This document shows, piece after piece, positions 11,392-20,098 of a stretch of DNA of 64,000 nucleotides. How positions within the stretch are numbered: position 1 is the stretch's first letter; every line of letters begins with the position of its first letter. This DNA comes from Alphaproteobacteria bacterium (GTDB lineage: Bacteria; Pseudomonadota; Alphaproteobacteria; Bin95), in NCBI GenBank assembly GCA_965206075.1, contig CBDBIS010000005.1, positions 3,155,041-3,219,040 on the forward strand, written 5' to 3'. The notes beneath the pieces are model-generated. The model searched no databases. It was not told the DNA's origin and saw nothing but the letters and a program-made list of their open reading frames with translations. The translations under genes were made by a program, and so were the position numbers.

Positions 11392-11422
11392 AAGGCGGCT
11401 CTCCGGGGCCGCCTTTCGGCTT
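11392..11422 (+). terminator. terminator-like hairpin plus U-rich tail at the module 5' end; intron insertion site
   Basis: AAGGCGGC (11392-99) pairs with GCCGCCTT (11408-15) and is followed by TCGGCTT. Equivalent hairpins with UUUCCGCUUUUCU tails occur in copies 2 and 4. Confidence 0.45.
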
Positions 11423-12093
11423 GTGTGCCGAGCATGGCCAACAGCTTGGAGGTGCAAGTCCTCTATCCAGCCCGATGGCGGCGAAGGATTAGCGAAGCGC
11501 AAGGGCGTCGCCGCGAGGCGGGGTCTGAAGGAAGCGTGGAGCAAAGCCGCGACCCGATGGACAAGAACCGGATACGAGGCCTACCCGGCCGGACGAGCGA
11601 GCAAGCGATCGCGAAGTCCGCAGCCATCAAGGGCCGGGGTGGTAAATCCGGCGGGTGTGCGGTGAAGGCGGTTGGTCTTACCTCGGGAGGTCTGCGTCGT
11701 GTCCGGAACCCCCGGACTGAGCGGTTCCGCAAGGGCCGTGATCGCGGCGCAGAAGTCAGCAGAGGGCATAGTAGCCGGCCCCCCGGCGAAGGCCCGAACG
11801 ACGGACAGGGTTATTAGGACGGCAGGCTCATGCGGACCAAGCGGCAGAACATCCAGTTGGAACTGGCCTTGGAGCCGGAGGCGAGGGGTGAAGCCCGGAG
11901 CGCCGGAGACCGAGGGACCGAAGCCCGTATGGCGCGTGCCGACCCCGAACGCCCGGCGGCTGTCTTCGACAGGCTCGGCCTCGCCTCCCTGCGAGGCCGT
12001 TCCGCAGCTTAAATCCGTCGAACCGCCGTGTACGGACCCGTATGCACGGTGGTGTGGGAGGGGTGGAGCCGTGAGGCTCCCCCCTATCCCGAT
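11423..12093 (+). mobile_element. ORF-less (RT-deleted) group II intron, class C-like
   Basis: Boundaries follow from comparison with the uninterrupted copy 2. 5' end is GTGTG and 3' end is ...GAT. Hand-folded domain V (12022-12053, with CGC triad and 2-nt bulge) and domain VI (12056-12090, with GUGA loop and bulged A12086). An IEP remnant ORF lies inside. Confidence 0.75.
11830..12012 (+). pseudogene. remnant of the intron-encoded reverse transcriptase/maturase (N- and C-terminal stubs only)
   Basis: 60 aa: MRTKRQNIQLELALEPEARGEARSAGDRGTEA...FDRLGLASL. Resembles IEP termini as I remember them. No RT motifs are present. Confidence 0.55.
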
Positions 12094-12483
12094 TTCTGCG
12101 CAGGGAAACAAGGGCTGGGGCCGAAAAAAGCTCCGGCGGGAACGAACGGGAGACGTGCGCCTTCCGTCTCGCGCGCGCAATCAGCCGCGCGAACCGCGCC
12201 GGCGCTGACGCGCGCGGGCGGGCACGGGCGCGCGCGCAGGATACGCGCGCAAAAAGGGTCCCGCCGCCTGGGGGCGCCCAGGCCGGCAGCGGCGCGGACG
12301 GAATGGAGCGGAACGCGACGGAGCAAACGATATGCAGGAACGGAACCGCAGAGCTTCGGAGGCGGCATGAGGAACATGACAATCCATGACACATTGCAGG
12401 GGTCATTCATGAATCGCCCCGCCTGCGCGCTGGCGGAAGCGGCCGGCGACGCCCGGCAAGGCCCCGTCTGAGCAGCCATGGAT

Positions 12484-12840
12484 AACGGTTTTCTGCGTTC
12501 GTTCGGCTTCCGGGGCCGCCTTTCGCTTTTCTGCGCAGGGAAGCAATGGCTGGGGCCGCAAAAAGCCCCGGCGGGAACGGACAGGCGAGTTGCGCCTGCC
12601 GCCTCGCGTGCGCAATCGGGTGCGCGAGCCGCGCTGGCGCAAGACGCGGGGGCGGCAAGGGCGCGCATGCAGGATACGCGCGCAAAAAGGGTCCCGCTGC
12701 CTGAGGGCGGCCAGGCCGGTGGCGACGCGGACGGAATGGAGCGGAACGGAAAGCGACGGAGAGAACGACATGCAGGAACGGAACTGCGGAGCTTCGACGA
12801 TGGCATGGCGAACATGACACTTCATGACACAATGCAGGGG
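12484..12840 (+). repeat. GC-rich non-coding module, copy 2 (no promoter motif)
   Basis: Uninterrupted gccgcctttcgcttttctgcgcaggg junction. More diverged core, CATGGC/CATGAC/CATGAC at 12804/12813/12823, and TGCAGGGG ending at 12840. Confidence 0.75.
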
Positions 12841-12851
12841 TCTTCCATGAA

Positions 12852-12887
12852 CCTTCCCGCCCCGGATCGGGGTTCGGGGCGGGAAGG
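12852..12887. terminator. 13-bp GC hairpin between convergent module copy 2 and the amidase gene
   Basis: CCTTCCCGCCCCG...CGGGGCGGGAAGG. Possibly a bidirectional terminator. Related to the GTCGCCCCGG palindromic elements. Confidence 0.4.
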
Positions 12888-12957
12888 GGACTCATGCAAT
12901 GCCGATCTGCCGCCGGCAGCCGAGTGTATCCGGCAGTCCGCAAACGGGAGAGGCGGC

Positions 12958-14379
12958 TCAGGAGGCCGGTTCCCTCGGGTCGATGGGCAGCAGGCGGTCG
13001 AGCCCGGTCGCCTGCTCGAAGAGCGCCGCCGCCTGCAACAGCCCGGCCTCGCCGCGCGGCCGGCCGACAAGCTGGAGGCCGACGGGCCGCCCGTCCGCGG
13101 TGAACCCGCAGGGCACGCTGACCGCAGGCGAGGATGTCACCGTGATGGCGCATTGCAGGCCCATCCAGTCCACATAATTGTCGAACACGGTGTCGCCGAT
13201 CCTGTCCACATAGCGCTGCTCCAGCGAATAGGGCGGCACGGCAGCGGTCGGACAGGCAAGCAGGTCGTAATTCTCGAAAAAGTCCGCCATCCGCTGGAAG
13301 AGGGCCGAACGACCGTGCTCCGCTGCGGCGATGTCGCCTGCCGTGAGGGCGAGGCCCTTCTCGTAGTTCCAGACGATCTCCGGCTTGAATTTGTCGCGGT
13401 GCGCGGCCATCCGCTCGGCATGCTCGGTGACGAACAGGACGGCCCTGAAAGTGTGAAACGCCTCCATCGCCCCGGAAAAATCGGGCGCATGCTCCTCGAC
13501 CGCCGCGCCGATATCCTCGAAGCGCGCCACCGCGGCGGTGCAGATGTCGCGCACTTCCGCATCGACCGGCATGAACCCCAGATCGGCGCTGAACCCGATG
13601 CGGCGGGGGGTTGCCGGCGCGGCAACGGCCTCGCGATAGGGAACCGGCGGGGCCGGCCAGGAGAGGGGATCGCGCGGGTCGAGCCCCGCCAGGACATCCA
13701 GGAACAGGGCGGTGTCGGGAACATTGCGCGCCATCGGGCCGTTCACGGAAAGATAGTTGAAACCGCCGTCGGACGGGCCCCGGGGCACACGGCCCGGCGA
13801 CGGGCGCAGGCCGATGACCGAGCAGAAGGCGCCCGGCGTGCGCAGGCTGCCGCCGAGGTCCGATCCGTGCGCCAGCCAGACCTGCCCCGTGGCGAGCGCG
13901 ACCGCCGCGCCGCCGGACGAGCCCGCACAGGTGAGCGAGGTATTCCAGGGATTGCAGGTAGCGCCGAACACCTCGTTGAAGGTCTGACCGCCAGCGCCGA
14001 ACTCCGGCGTGTTCGACTTGGCGAGCACGACGCCGCCGGCCGACTCGATCCGCTGCACGGGAATGTCCGACGCCTCCGGAATGTAGTCCGCATAGATCGG
14101 CGAACCGTAGGTGGTGCGCACGCCTTCCACCGGGTTGAGGTCCTTGATCGCCACCGGCAGGCCGGCCAGCAGGCCGCGTTCGGAAGGAGGGCGCTCCATC
14201 AGCTTGCGTGCCCGGTCGCGAGCGCGTTCCGGTGCGAGTGTCGGCAGTGCATTGACCCGGCCGTCAACTGCCTCTATACGCGCCAGCGCGGCGTCTATGG
14301 CGTCGAGCGGCGAGATTTCACCGGTTTTCAGCTTTGTAATCGTCTCGCGGGCGGTCAGTCGGTAAAGGTCGTCGGTCAT
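12958..14379 (-). CDS. amidase-signature family amidase
   Basis: 473 aa with GSSGGAAVA and GSDLGGSLR amidase-signature motifs. Confidence 0.8.
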   Translation of the reverse strand: MTDDLYRLTARETITKLKTGEISPLDAIDAALARIEAVDGRVNALPTLAPERARDRARKLMERPPSERGLLAGLPVAIKDLNPVEGVRTTYGSPIYADYIPEASDIPVQRIESAGGVVLAKSNTPEFGAGGQTFNEVFGATCNPWNTSLTCAGSSGGAAVALATGQVWLAHGSDLGGSLRTPGAFCSVIGLRPSPGRVPRGPSDGGFNYLSVNGPMARNVPDTALFLDVLAGLDPRDPLSWPAPPVPYREAVAAPATPRRIGFSADLGFMPVDAEVRDICTAAVARFEDIGAAVEEHAPDFSGAMEAFHTFRAVLFVTEHAERMAAHRDKFKPEIVWNYEKGLALTAGDIAAAEHGRSALFQRMADFFENYDLLACPTAAVPPYSLEQRYVDRIGDTVFDNYVDWMGLQCAITVTSSPAVSVPCGFTADGRPVGLQLVGRPRGEAGLLQAAALFEQATGLDRLLPIDPREPAS

Positions 14380-14504
14380 GGCATTGAGGATCCGGTCTTT
14401 GGGAGCGGAACCTTACCAATAGTTCAGTGGCGCGTCGCGGAGCGGTTGGCTATATGCCGCGCCGACCGGAGCGGCCCGACAAGGCCGCCGGGATTGGGAA
14501 TGGA

Positions 14505-15470
14505 ATGTTGTCGCTGGTTGCCGCGCAGGGTCTGACCAAACGCTTCGATGCGCATGTGGCCGTGGACCGTATCGACCTGGAGGTCGGCGCGGGCGAGGTG
14601 CTGGGCTTTCTCGGGCCCAACGGCGCGGGCAAGTCCACGACGATGAAGATGATTGCGGGGTTTCTCGCCCCGACCGAGGGCCGCGCGGCGATCTGCGGCC
14701 ACGATGTGACCGACGATCCGATTCGGGCGCGGCGCAATCTCGGCTATCTGCCGGAAGGCGCGCCGCTCTACGGCGACATGACCGCAGGCGCCTTCCTCGC
14801 CTTCGTCGCCGCCATGCGCGGCCTTTCCGGTCGGCGGGGCCGCGCCGCCATCGGGCTTGCGGTCGAGCGCACCGCCCTCGCCGAGGTGCTGGCGCAGCCC
14901 ATCGACACGCTCTCCAAGGGTTTCAAGCGCCGCGTCGGCCTTGCCCAGGCGCTGCTGCACGACCCGCCGGCGCTGATCCTGGACGAGCCGACCGACGGGC
15001 TCGACCCGAACCAGAAACACGAAATGCGCGCGCTGATACGGGAAATCCGTCCCTCGAAGGCCATCGTGATCTCCACCCACATCCTCGAGGAGGTCGATGC
15101 CGTCTGCACCCGCGCGGCCATCATCTCCGGCGGCCGGCTGCTTGCGGACGCAGCACCTGGCGAACTGGCGGCACGGTCCCCGCTGAACAATGCCGTGTCC
15201 CTGACACTCGGCGCGCAGCACGCCGAAGCGGCCGCCGCGTCGCTGGGCGGGCTGGAGCGCGTGGAAGCGGTCCATCGCGAACCGGCGGGTCCGAACGCCG
15301 TGCGCCTGACCGCGCTTTCCCGGGACGGCCGGCCCATCCTTGCGGATGTCGGGCTGCTGGTTCGGGCGCACGGCTGGGAGGCGAGCGACCTGCGGACGGA
15401 AACCGGAGCGCTCGACGACGTGTTCCGGCGCATGACGCAGCCCGGTGAGGAGGCGCTTCGCAATGGCTAG
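14505..15470 (+). CDS. ABC transporter ATP-binding protein (GldA-like, ABC-2 type)
   Basis: Start at the internal ATG (MLSLVAAQGL...). Walker A GPNGAGKST, signature LSKGFKRR, Walker B LILDEPTDGLD. Confidence 0.85.
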   Translation: MLSLVAAQGLTKRFDAHVAVDRIDLEVGAGEVLGFLGPNGAGKSTTMKMIAGFLAPTEGRAAICGHDVTDDPIRARRNLGYLPEGAPLYGDMTAGAFLAFVAAMRGLSGRRGRAAIGLAVERTALAEVLAQPIDTLSKGFKRRVGLAQALLHDPPALILDEPTDGLDPNQKHEMRALIREIRPSKAIVISTHILEEVDAVCTRAAIISGGRLLADAAPGELAARSPLNNAVSLTLGAQHAEAAAASLGGLERVEAVHREPAGPNAVRLTALSRDGRPILADVGLLVRAHGWEASDLRTETGALDDVFRRMTQPGEEALRNG

Positions 15471-16197
15471 CGCCGCCCATGTCTTCCGGCGCGAGTTCGC
15501 CGGCTATTTCATCACCCCGGTCGCCTACGTCTTCATCGTCCTCTTCCTGGCGCTGGCTGCTGCGCTGACCTTCTATGTCGGCGCCTTCTTCGAGCGCGGA
15601 CGGGCGGACCTCCAGTCCTTCTTCCAGTGGCACCCGTGGCTTTACCTGTTCTTCATGCCGGCAATCTCGATGCGGCTGTGGGCCGAGGAACGCAAGACCG
15701 GCACCATCGAGCTGTTCCTGACCCTGCCGGTCTCGACCGCCGCGGCCGTGTTGGGGAAGTTCCTGGCGGCCTGGGCGTTCGCCGGTCTGGCTCTGGCGCT
15801 GACCTTTCCGATCTGGCTCACCGTCAACTATCTGGGCGAGCCGGACAACGGGGTCATCGTCGCCAGCTATGTCGGCTCCTTGCTGATGGCGGGCGCCTAT
15901 CTCGCCATCGGCTCCTGCCTCTCGGCGCTTACCCGCAACCAGGCGATCGCCTTCGTGCTGACCGTAGCCGTCTGCTTTCTGTTCAACGTGCTGGGCGCCG
16001 GGGTCATGCAGCCGATCCTCGGCGACGCCGCCCCGGCCGATCTCCTGGAGACGCTGGCTTCGTTCAGCCTGCTCAGCCATTTCAACAATATCGTCAAGGG
16101 CGTCATCGATCTGCGCGACATCGTCTATTACGCACTTGCAATCGGCGTCTGGCTGGCCGCGGCCGCCATAACCGTCGATCTCAAGAAGGCGGACTGA
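15463..16197 (+). CDS. ABC-2 type transporter permease
   Basis: Multi-TM protein (MASAAHVFRREFAGYFITP...). Its start overlaps the ATPase stop. Confidence 0.8.
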   Translation: MASAAHVFRREFAGYFITPVAYVFIVLFLALAAALTFYVGAFFERGRADLQSFFQWHPWLYLFFMPAISMRLWAEERKTGTIELFLTLPVSTAAAVLGKFLAAWAFAGLALALTFPIWLTVNYLGEPDNGVIVASYVGSLLMAGAYLAIGSCLSALTRNQAIAFVLTVAVCFLFNVLGAGVMQPILGDAAPADLLETLASFSLLSHFNNIVKGVIDLRDIVYYALAIGVWLAAAAITVDLKKAD

Positions 16198-16201
16198 GAC
16201 G

Positions 16202-18214
16202 ATGGCGGCCATGGAGCGGTCCCGGCAGCGCAGCCTGTTCGCCAGGCTGGCCCTGGTGCTGCTGGCGGTGTTGTTCGTGGCGGGGGTCGCGCTGTCGGAC
16301 CGGTTGTTGCGCCACGCGCGCCTCGATCTCACGGAAGAGGGAGCCTACACGCTCGCGGAGGATTCCAGGCGGGTCGTCAGCGAGATCGACGAGCCGATCG
16401 TGCTCCGTTTCTACTTCTCAAGCCGGATTTCGCGGGAGATTCCGCAGGTGGGCGTCTATGCGCGCCATGTTCGCGACCTGCTTGAGGAATTCGCCGCGGT
16501 CTCGGACGGCAAGATCGAGCTCCAGGTCTTCGATCCCGAACCGTTTACCGATGCGGAGGACCGGGCCGACTCCTTCGGCCTCCAGGGCCTTCCCGTGGAC
16601 CGCACCGGCGAGCGCGTCTTCTTCGGCCTCGCCGGCACCAATGCAATCGACGATGTCGAGCTGGTACCGTTCTTCGACGAGGCCCGGGAACGCGACCTCG
16701 AATACGATATTGCCCGCATCGTCCACAGCCTCGCCAATCCGGAGCGGCCTGCTGTCGGGCTGATTACGGGCCTGCCGATCGCAGGGTCGCCGATGTCGCA
16801 GTCGGGCCGGGGCCAGAACGACGCCTGGGCGATCTACAACTTGCTGCTGGCTTCGGTGGACGTGCGGCAGATCGTCAGCACGGCAACGTCGGTGCCGGAA
16901 GGGGTCGGTGTCGTGGTGCTCGTGCATCCGAAGCAGCTGACCGACGAGACGCTCTACGCGCTCGACCAGTTCGTGTTGCGCGGCGGCAAGCTGCTGGTCT
17001 TCGTCGATCCGCACTCCGAAGGGGAAGCGCAGCACCCGGAAATCCGCCGCCGCGGGATGCCGCCGGAAGGGTTCGCCTCCGATCTCGAACGGTTGTTCGA
17101 GGCCTGGGGCATCGAGTTGGCGCCGGGCGAGCTGGCGGGCGATTCCGGCCTCGGCCGCAGGGTGCAGGTGCCGGACCGGTCGCGGACGCGGCTGATGGCG
17201 GTGGACTATCCGCTATGGCTCGGCATCGACAGGAAGGGGATTTCCCGTGCGGATTCGATTTCCGCCGAACTGTCGCTGCTGAACATTGCCTCGCCGGGCC
17301 ATTTCCGGACGACCGGCGAAGTCGCCGGGGTCGAGGTGACGCCTCTGGTAACGACCTCGGACGATGGCGGCACCGTGCCGGTCTCGCTGGTCCAGGGGCC
17401 GATCGACCCGCTTGCCGTCGTCCATGCCTTCGAGCCCGCGGAGGGGCCCCTGGTGCTTGCGGCCCGGCTTACGGGCGAGGCCGGGAGCGCCTTTCCGGAC
17501 GGGCCGCCGGAACCGGAAGCTCCGAAGGAAGACGACAAGGCGGCGGATTCCGGAAAGGACGGCGGGGACAAGGAAGAGGACGAGGAGGAAAGGGCCGCAT
17601 GGGAGGCGCTGAAGGCGGCCCACCTGGAGCGGTCCTCGGCTCCGATGGACGTCATCGCGGTGGCCGATGTCGATATGCTGGCCGACCCGATGTGGATGGT
17701 CGAAGGCGCGATGGGCGACGGGCGCATCGGCCGGGTCGTGGCCGACAACGCGGCCTTCTTCCTGAACGCGGTCGAAAACATGACCGGCCGGGACGATCTC
17801 GTCTCGCTGCGTTCGCGGGGCAGCTTCCAGCGGCCCTTCACGTTGGTGGAAGACATTCGCCGCGAGGCGGAAAGCAAGCACCGCGCGAAGGAAAAGGAAC
17901 TGCTCGACCGCCTGGAGGAGGCGCTCCGGCGGCTGAACGAGCTTGAGCGGGACCCTTCGGCGGAACAGCAGGTGGTGTTGACGACGGCGCAGACCGGCTC
18001 GCTCAAGACGCTGCGCGCCGATGTCGTCCGTCTTCGCCGGGAACTCCGCGATGTCCAGCACCGGTTGCGCCGGGATGTCGAGGCGCTCACCTCGCAGCTC
18101 GAACTCGGCAACATAGCGCTCGTGCCGGCGCTGGTGGCGCTCTTCGCCATCTTGCTCGCATATGCCCGCCGCGCCCGCCGGCGCAGGGCGCAGGAGGGTG
18201 GGCGAGGCGCATGA
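16202..18214 (+). CDS. GldG-like ABC-transporter auxiliary protein
   Basis: 670 aa with N- and C-terminal TM anchors. Sits in the typical ABC-2/GldG/DUF4340 gene order. Confidence 0.7.
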   Translation: MAAMERSRQRSLFARLALVLLAVLFVAGVALSDRLLRHARLDLTEEGAYTLAEDSRRVVSEIDEPIVLRFYFSSRISREIPQVGVYARHVRDLLEEFAAVSDGKIELQVFDPEPFTDAEDRADSFGLQGLPVDRTGERVFFGLAGTNAIDDVELVPFFDEARERDLEYDIARIVHSLANPERPAVGLITGLPIAGSPMSQSGRGQNDAWAIYNLLLASVDVRQIVSTATSVPEGVGVVVLVHPKQLTDETLYALDQFVLRGGKLLVFVDPHSEGEAQHPEIRRRGMPPEGFASDLERLFEAWGIELAPGELAGDSGLGRRVQVPDRSRTRLMAVDYPLWLGIDRKGISRADSISAELSLLNIASPGHFRTTGEVAGVEVTPLVTTSDDGGTVPVSLVQGPIDPLAVVHAFEPAEGPLVLAARLTGEAGSAFPDGPPEPEAPKEDDKAADSGKDGGDKEEDEEERAAWEALKAAHLERSSAPMDVIAVADVDMLADPMWMVEGAMGDGRIGRVVADNAAFFLNAVENMTGRDDLVSLRSRGSFQRPFTLVEDIRREAESKHRAKEKELLDRLEEALRRLNELERDPSAEQQVVLTTAQTGSLKTLRADVVRLRRELRDVQHRLRRDVEALTSQLELGNIALVPALVALFAILLAYARRARRRRAQEGGRGA

Positions 18215-19329
18215 AGCTCCGCAGTTTCCTGGTCCTGCTGACCGTCACGGTCGCCACCGCCGGCGCGGCGGTTGCGGTTCTGCTGAACGAGCGCGTTCGC
18301 GGCGGCGATTCGGTCGCCGGCGCAATGCTGTATCCGGGCCTGCTCGACCGCGTGAACGACATCGACTTCGTGGAGGTCGCGACGACGGCCGACGGCACCG
18401 TGTCGGCCCGGCGCGAAGACGGGCGCTGGGGCGTCGTGCAGCGCCACGGCTACCCCGCCGACTTCAAGATGCTGAGCCGGATGCTTTACGACCTGGCTCG
18501 CCTGGAGTTGATCGAGCCGCGCACCGCCAAGCCGGCGCTCTATCCGAAGATCCGGGTCGAAGACCTCGGGGAAAAGAGCGCGCTCTCGATCCGCATTGTT
18601 GCGAAGGCGGGCGGCGAGACGGCGGCCGACCTGCTGGTTGGCTTTGCGCGCCCGGACGAGCTCGGCGGCGGCGTGTTCGTGCGCAAGAGCGGCGAAGCGC
18701 AATCCTGGCTCGCCAAGGGCGACTTCCAGCCGGTGCAGCTGCTGACGCGCTTCCTCGACCGCAATATCTGCAATGTGGAGCAGCGCCGCATCCGCCGGAC
18801 CCGCCTGACCCACGCCGACGGCGAGACGGTCACGGTTTTCAAGGCCGGGCCGGAGGAAACGGACTGGAAACTGGAAGAGCCGCCGGGCGAGGGGCGGAAG
18901 GCGAAAGCGAGCCACGAACTGTCGCCGCTGACGAGCTGGCTCGATTTCCTGATCTTCGACGATGTGCGCCCCGCCGCCGAAGTGGACTTCTCGGAGCCGC
19001 TGGTCTCCGGCCGGTTCGTCACCTTCGACGGACTTGTCGTCGAGGTGAAGATGGCCGAGGCGGACGACGATTACTGGGTAACGCTTTCCACCGTGCCGGG
19101 AACGCCGGACCCGCGCGTGCAGCCCTTGCTGGACCAGCGCAGGACGATGCAGGCCGACAAGCTCGAAGGGTCCCTGCAGATGGCGCTGAAGACGCCCGGC
19201 GAAGTCGCGGCCGAGATCGAGGAGATCGACGCCGCGGCCGGTGGCTGGGCATACCGGGTCACCGACTACAAGACGGACAAGTTCCGCACCCGCCTGGCCC
19301 AGGTCACGGAGGCCGCGGGCGAGAGCTAG
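18211..19329 (+). CDS. DUF4340 domain protein
   Basis: 372 aa with an N-terminal TM segment. 4-nt overlap with the GldG-like gene. Confidence 0.65.
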   Translation: MKLRSFLVLLTVTVATAGAAVAVLLNERVRGGDSVAGAMLYPGLLDRVNDIDFVEVATTADGTVSARREDGRWGVVQRHGYPADFKMLSRMLYDLARLELIEPRTAKPALYPKIRVEDLGEKSALSIRIVAKAGGETAADLLVGFARPDELGGGVFVRKSGEAQSWLAKGDFQPVQLLTRFLDRNICNVEQRRIRRTRLTHADGETVTVFKAGPEETDWKLEEPPGEGRKAKASHELSPLTSWLDFLIFDDVRPAAEVDFSEPLVSGRFVTFDGLVVEVKMAEADDDYWVTLSTVPGTPDPRVQPLLDQRRTMQADKLEGSLQMALKTPGEVAAEIEEIDAAAGGWAYRVTDYKTDKFRTRLAQVTEAAGES

Positions 19330-20056
19330 CCTCGCCGCGCGCGATGTCCAGGAACACCTCTTCCATGGTGCGCCGGCCGTAGCGCGCTATGAGGGCGTCG
19401 GGCGCGCCCCGGTCCACCAGCCGTCCGGCCTTCATCATCAGCACGTCGCGGCACAGCCGCTCGACCTCCAGCATGTTGTGCGAGGCGAGCAGGATGGTCG
19501 CGCCCGTCCGCTCCACATAGGCGGCGAGATAGGCGCGCACCCAGTCGGCGGTTTCCGGGTCGAGCGAGGCGGTCGGCTCGTCGAGAAGCAGCAGCCGGGG
19601 CTCGTTCACCAGCGCCTTGGCGAGCGCGAGGCGGGACTTCTGCCCCGCCGACAGCGTGCGCGTCCTCTGTTTCAGGAAGGGTGTTAGTTCCAGCGTTTCC
19701 GCCAGTTCCCGCACCTGCCGCCCCGCCCGCGCCACGCCGTAGAGGCGCGCATAGACCAGCAGGTTCTCCTCTGCCGTCAGCCGTCCGGGAAGCTCGACAT
19801 AGGGGGAGGAGAAGTTCATGCGCTCCAGTGCCCGGTAGCGGTTGCGGGTCATGTCGGCGCCGAGCGCATGCACCGTCCCGGAGGTGGGCAGCAGCAGGCC
19901 GAGCAGCATGGCGATGGTGGTCGTCTTGCCCGCCCCGTTGCCGCCGAGCAGCGCGACGATGCCGCCGGGCTCCAGGTCGAAGGTCAGCCCGTCCACGGCC
20001 TTCACGGGCCCGAACTCCTTCGAGAGGTCCCGAACCGAGACGGCCCATTCGCTCAT
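19304..20056 (-). CDS. ABC transporter ATP-binding protein with no adjacent permease
   Basis: Walker A GGNGAGKTT, signature LSAGQKSR, Walker B LLLDEPTASLD. Its 3' end overlaps the convergent DUF4340 gene by 26 nt. Confidence 0.85.
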   Translation of the reverse strand: MSEWAVSVRDLSKEFGPVKAVDGLTFDLEPGGIVALLGGNGAGKTTTIAMLLGLLLPTSGTVHALGADMTRNRYRALERMNFSSPYVELPGRLTAEENLLVYARLYGVARAGRQVRELAETLELTPFLKQRTRTLSAGQKSRLALAKALVNEPRLLLLDEPTASLDPETADWVRAYLAAYVERTGATILLASHNMLEVERLCRDVLMMKAGRLVDRGAPDALIARYGRRTMEEVFLDIARGEASSRPRPP

Positions 20057-20098
20057 GCTATGATTCCCTCTCCGAGAGCAGCGGAGCGCCCGCCGCCC

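Larger units (their letters stand above)
11352..12402 (+). repeat. GC-rich promoter-bearing non-coding module, copy 1 (interrupted by intron 11423-12093)
   Basis: Aligns by eye with copies at 12484-12840, 21994-23138(-) and 39922-40308(-). Shares gtctcgcgcgcgcaatcag, gcgaaccgcgccggcgc and caggatacgcgcgcaaaaa, plus a CATGAC-phased tail and a terminal TGCAGGGG at 12395-12402. Confidence 0.8.

Noticed and set aside
12181-12825. Small ORFs inside the modules (MERNATEQTICRNG.., M(K/D)CHV.HA..EA..FRSC.., MFAMP..)
   Set aside because: Similar peptides arise only because the DNA is repeated. Indels shift the frames between copies, so no frame is conserved across all four.
12478-14535. 685-aa plus-strand ORF
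   Set aside because: It runs through the non-coding module copy 2 and then antisense through the amidase gene. It has no family resemblance.
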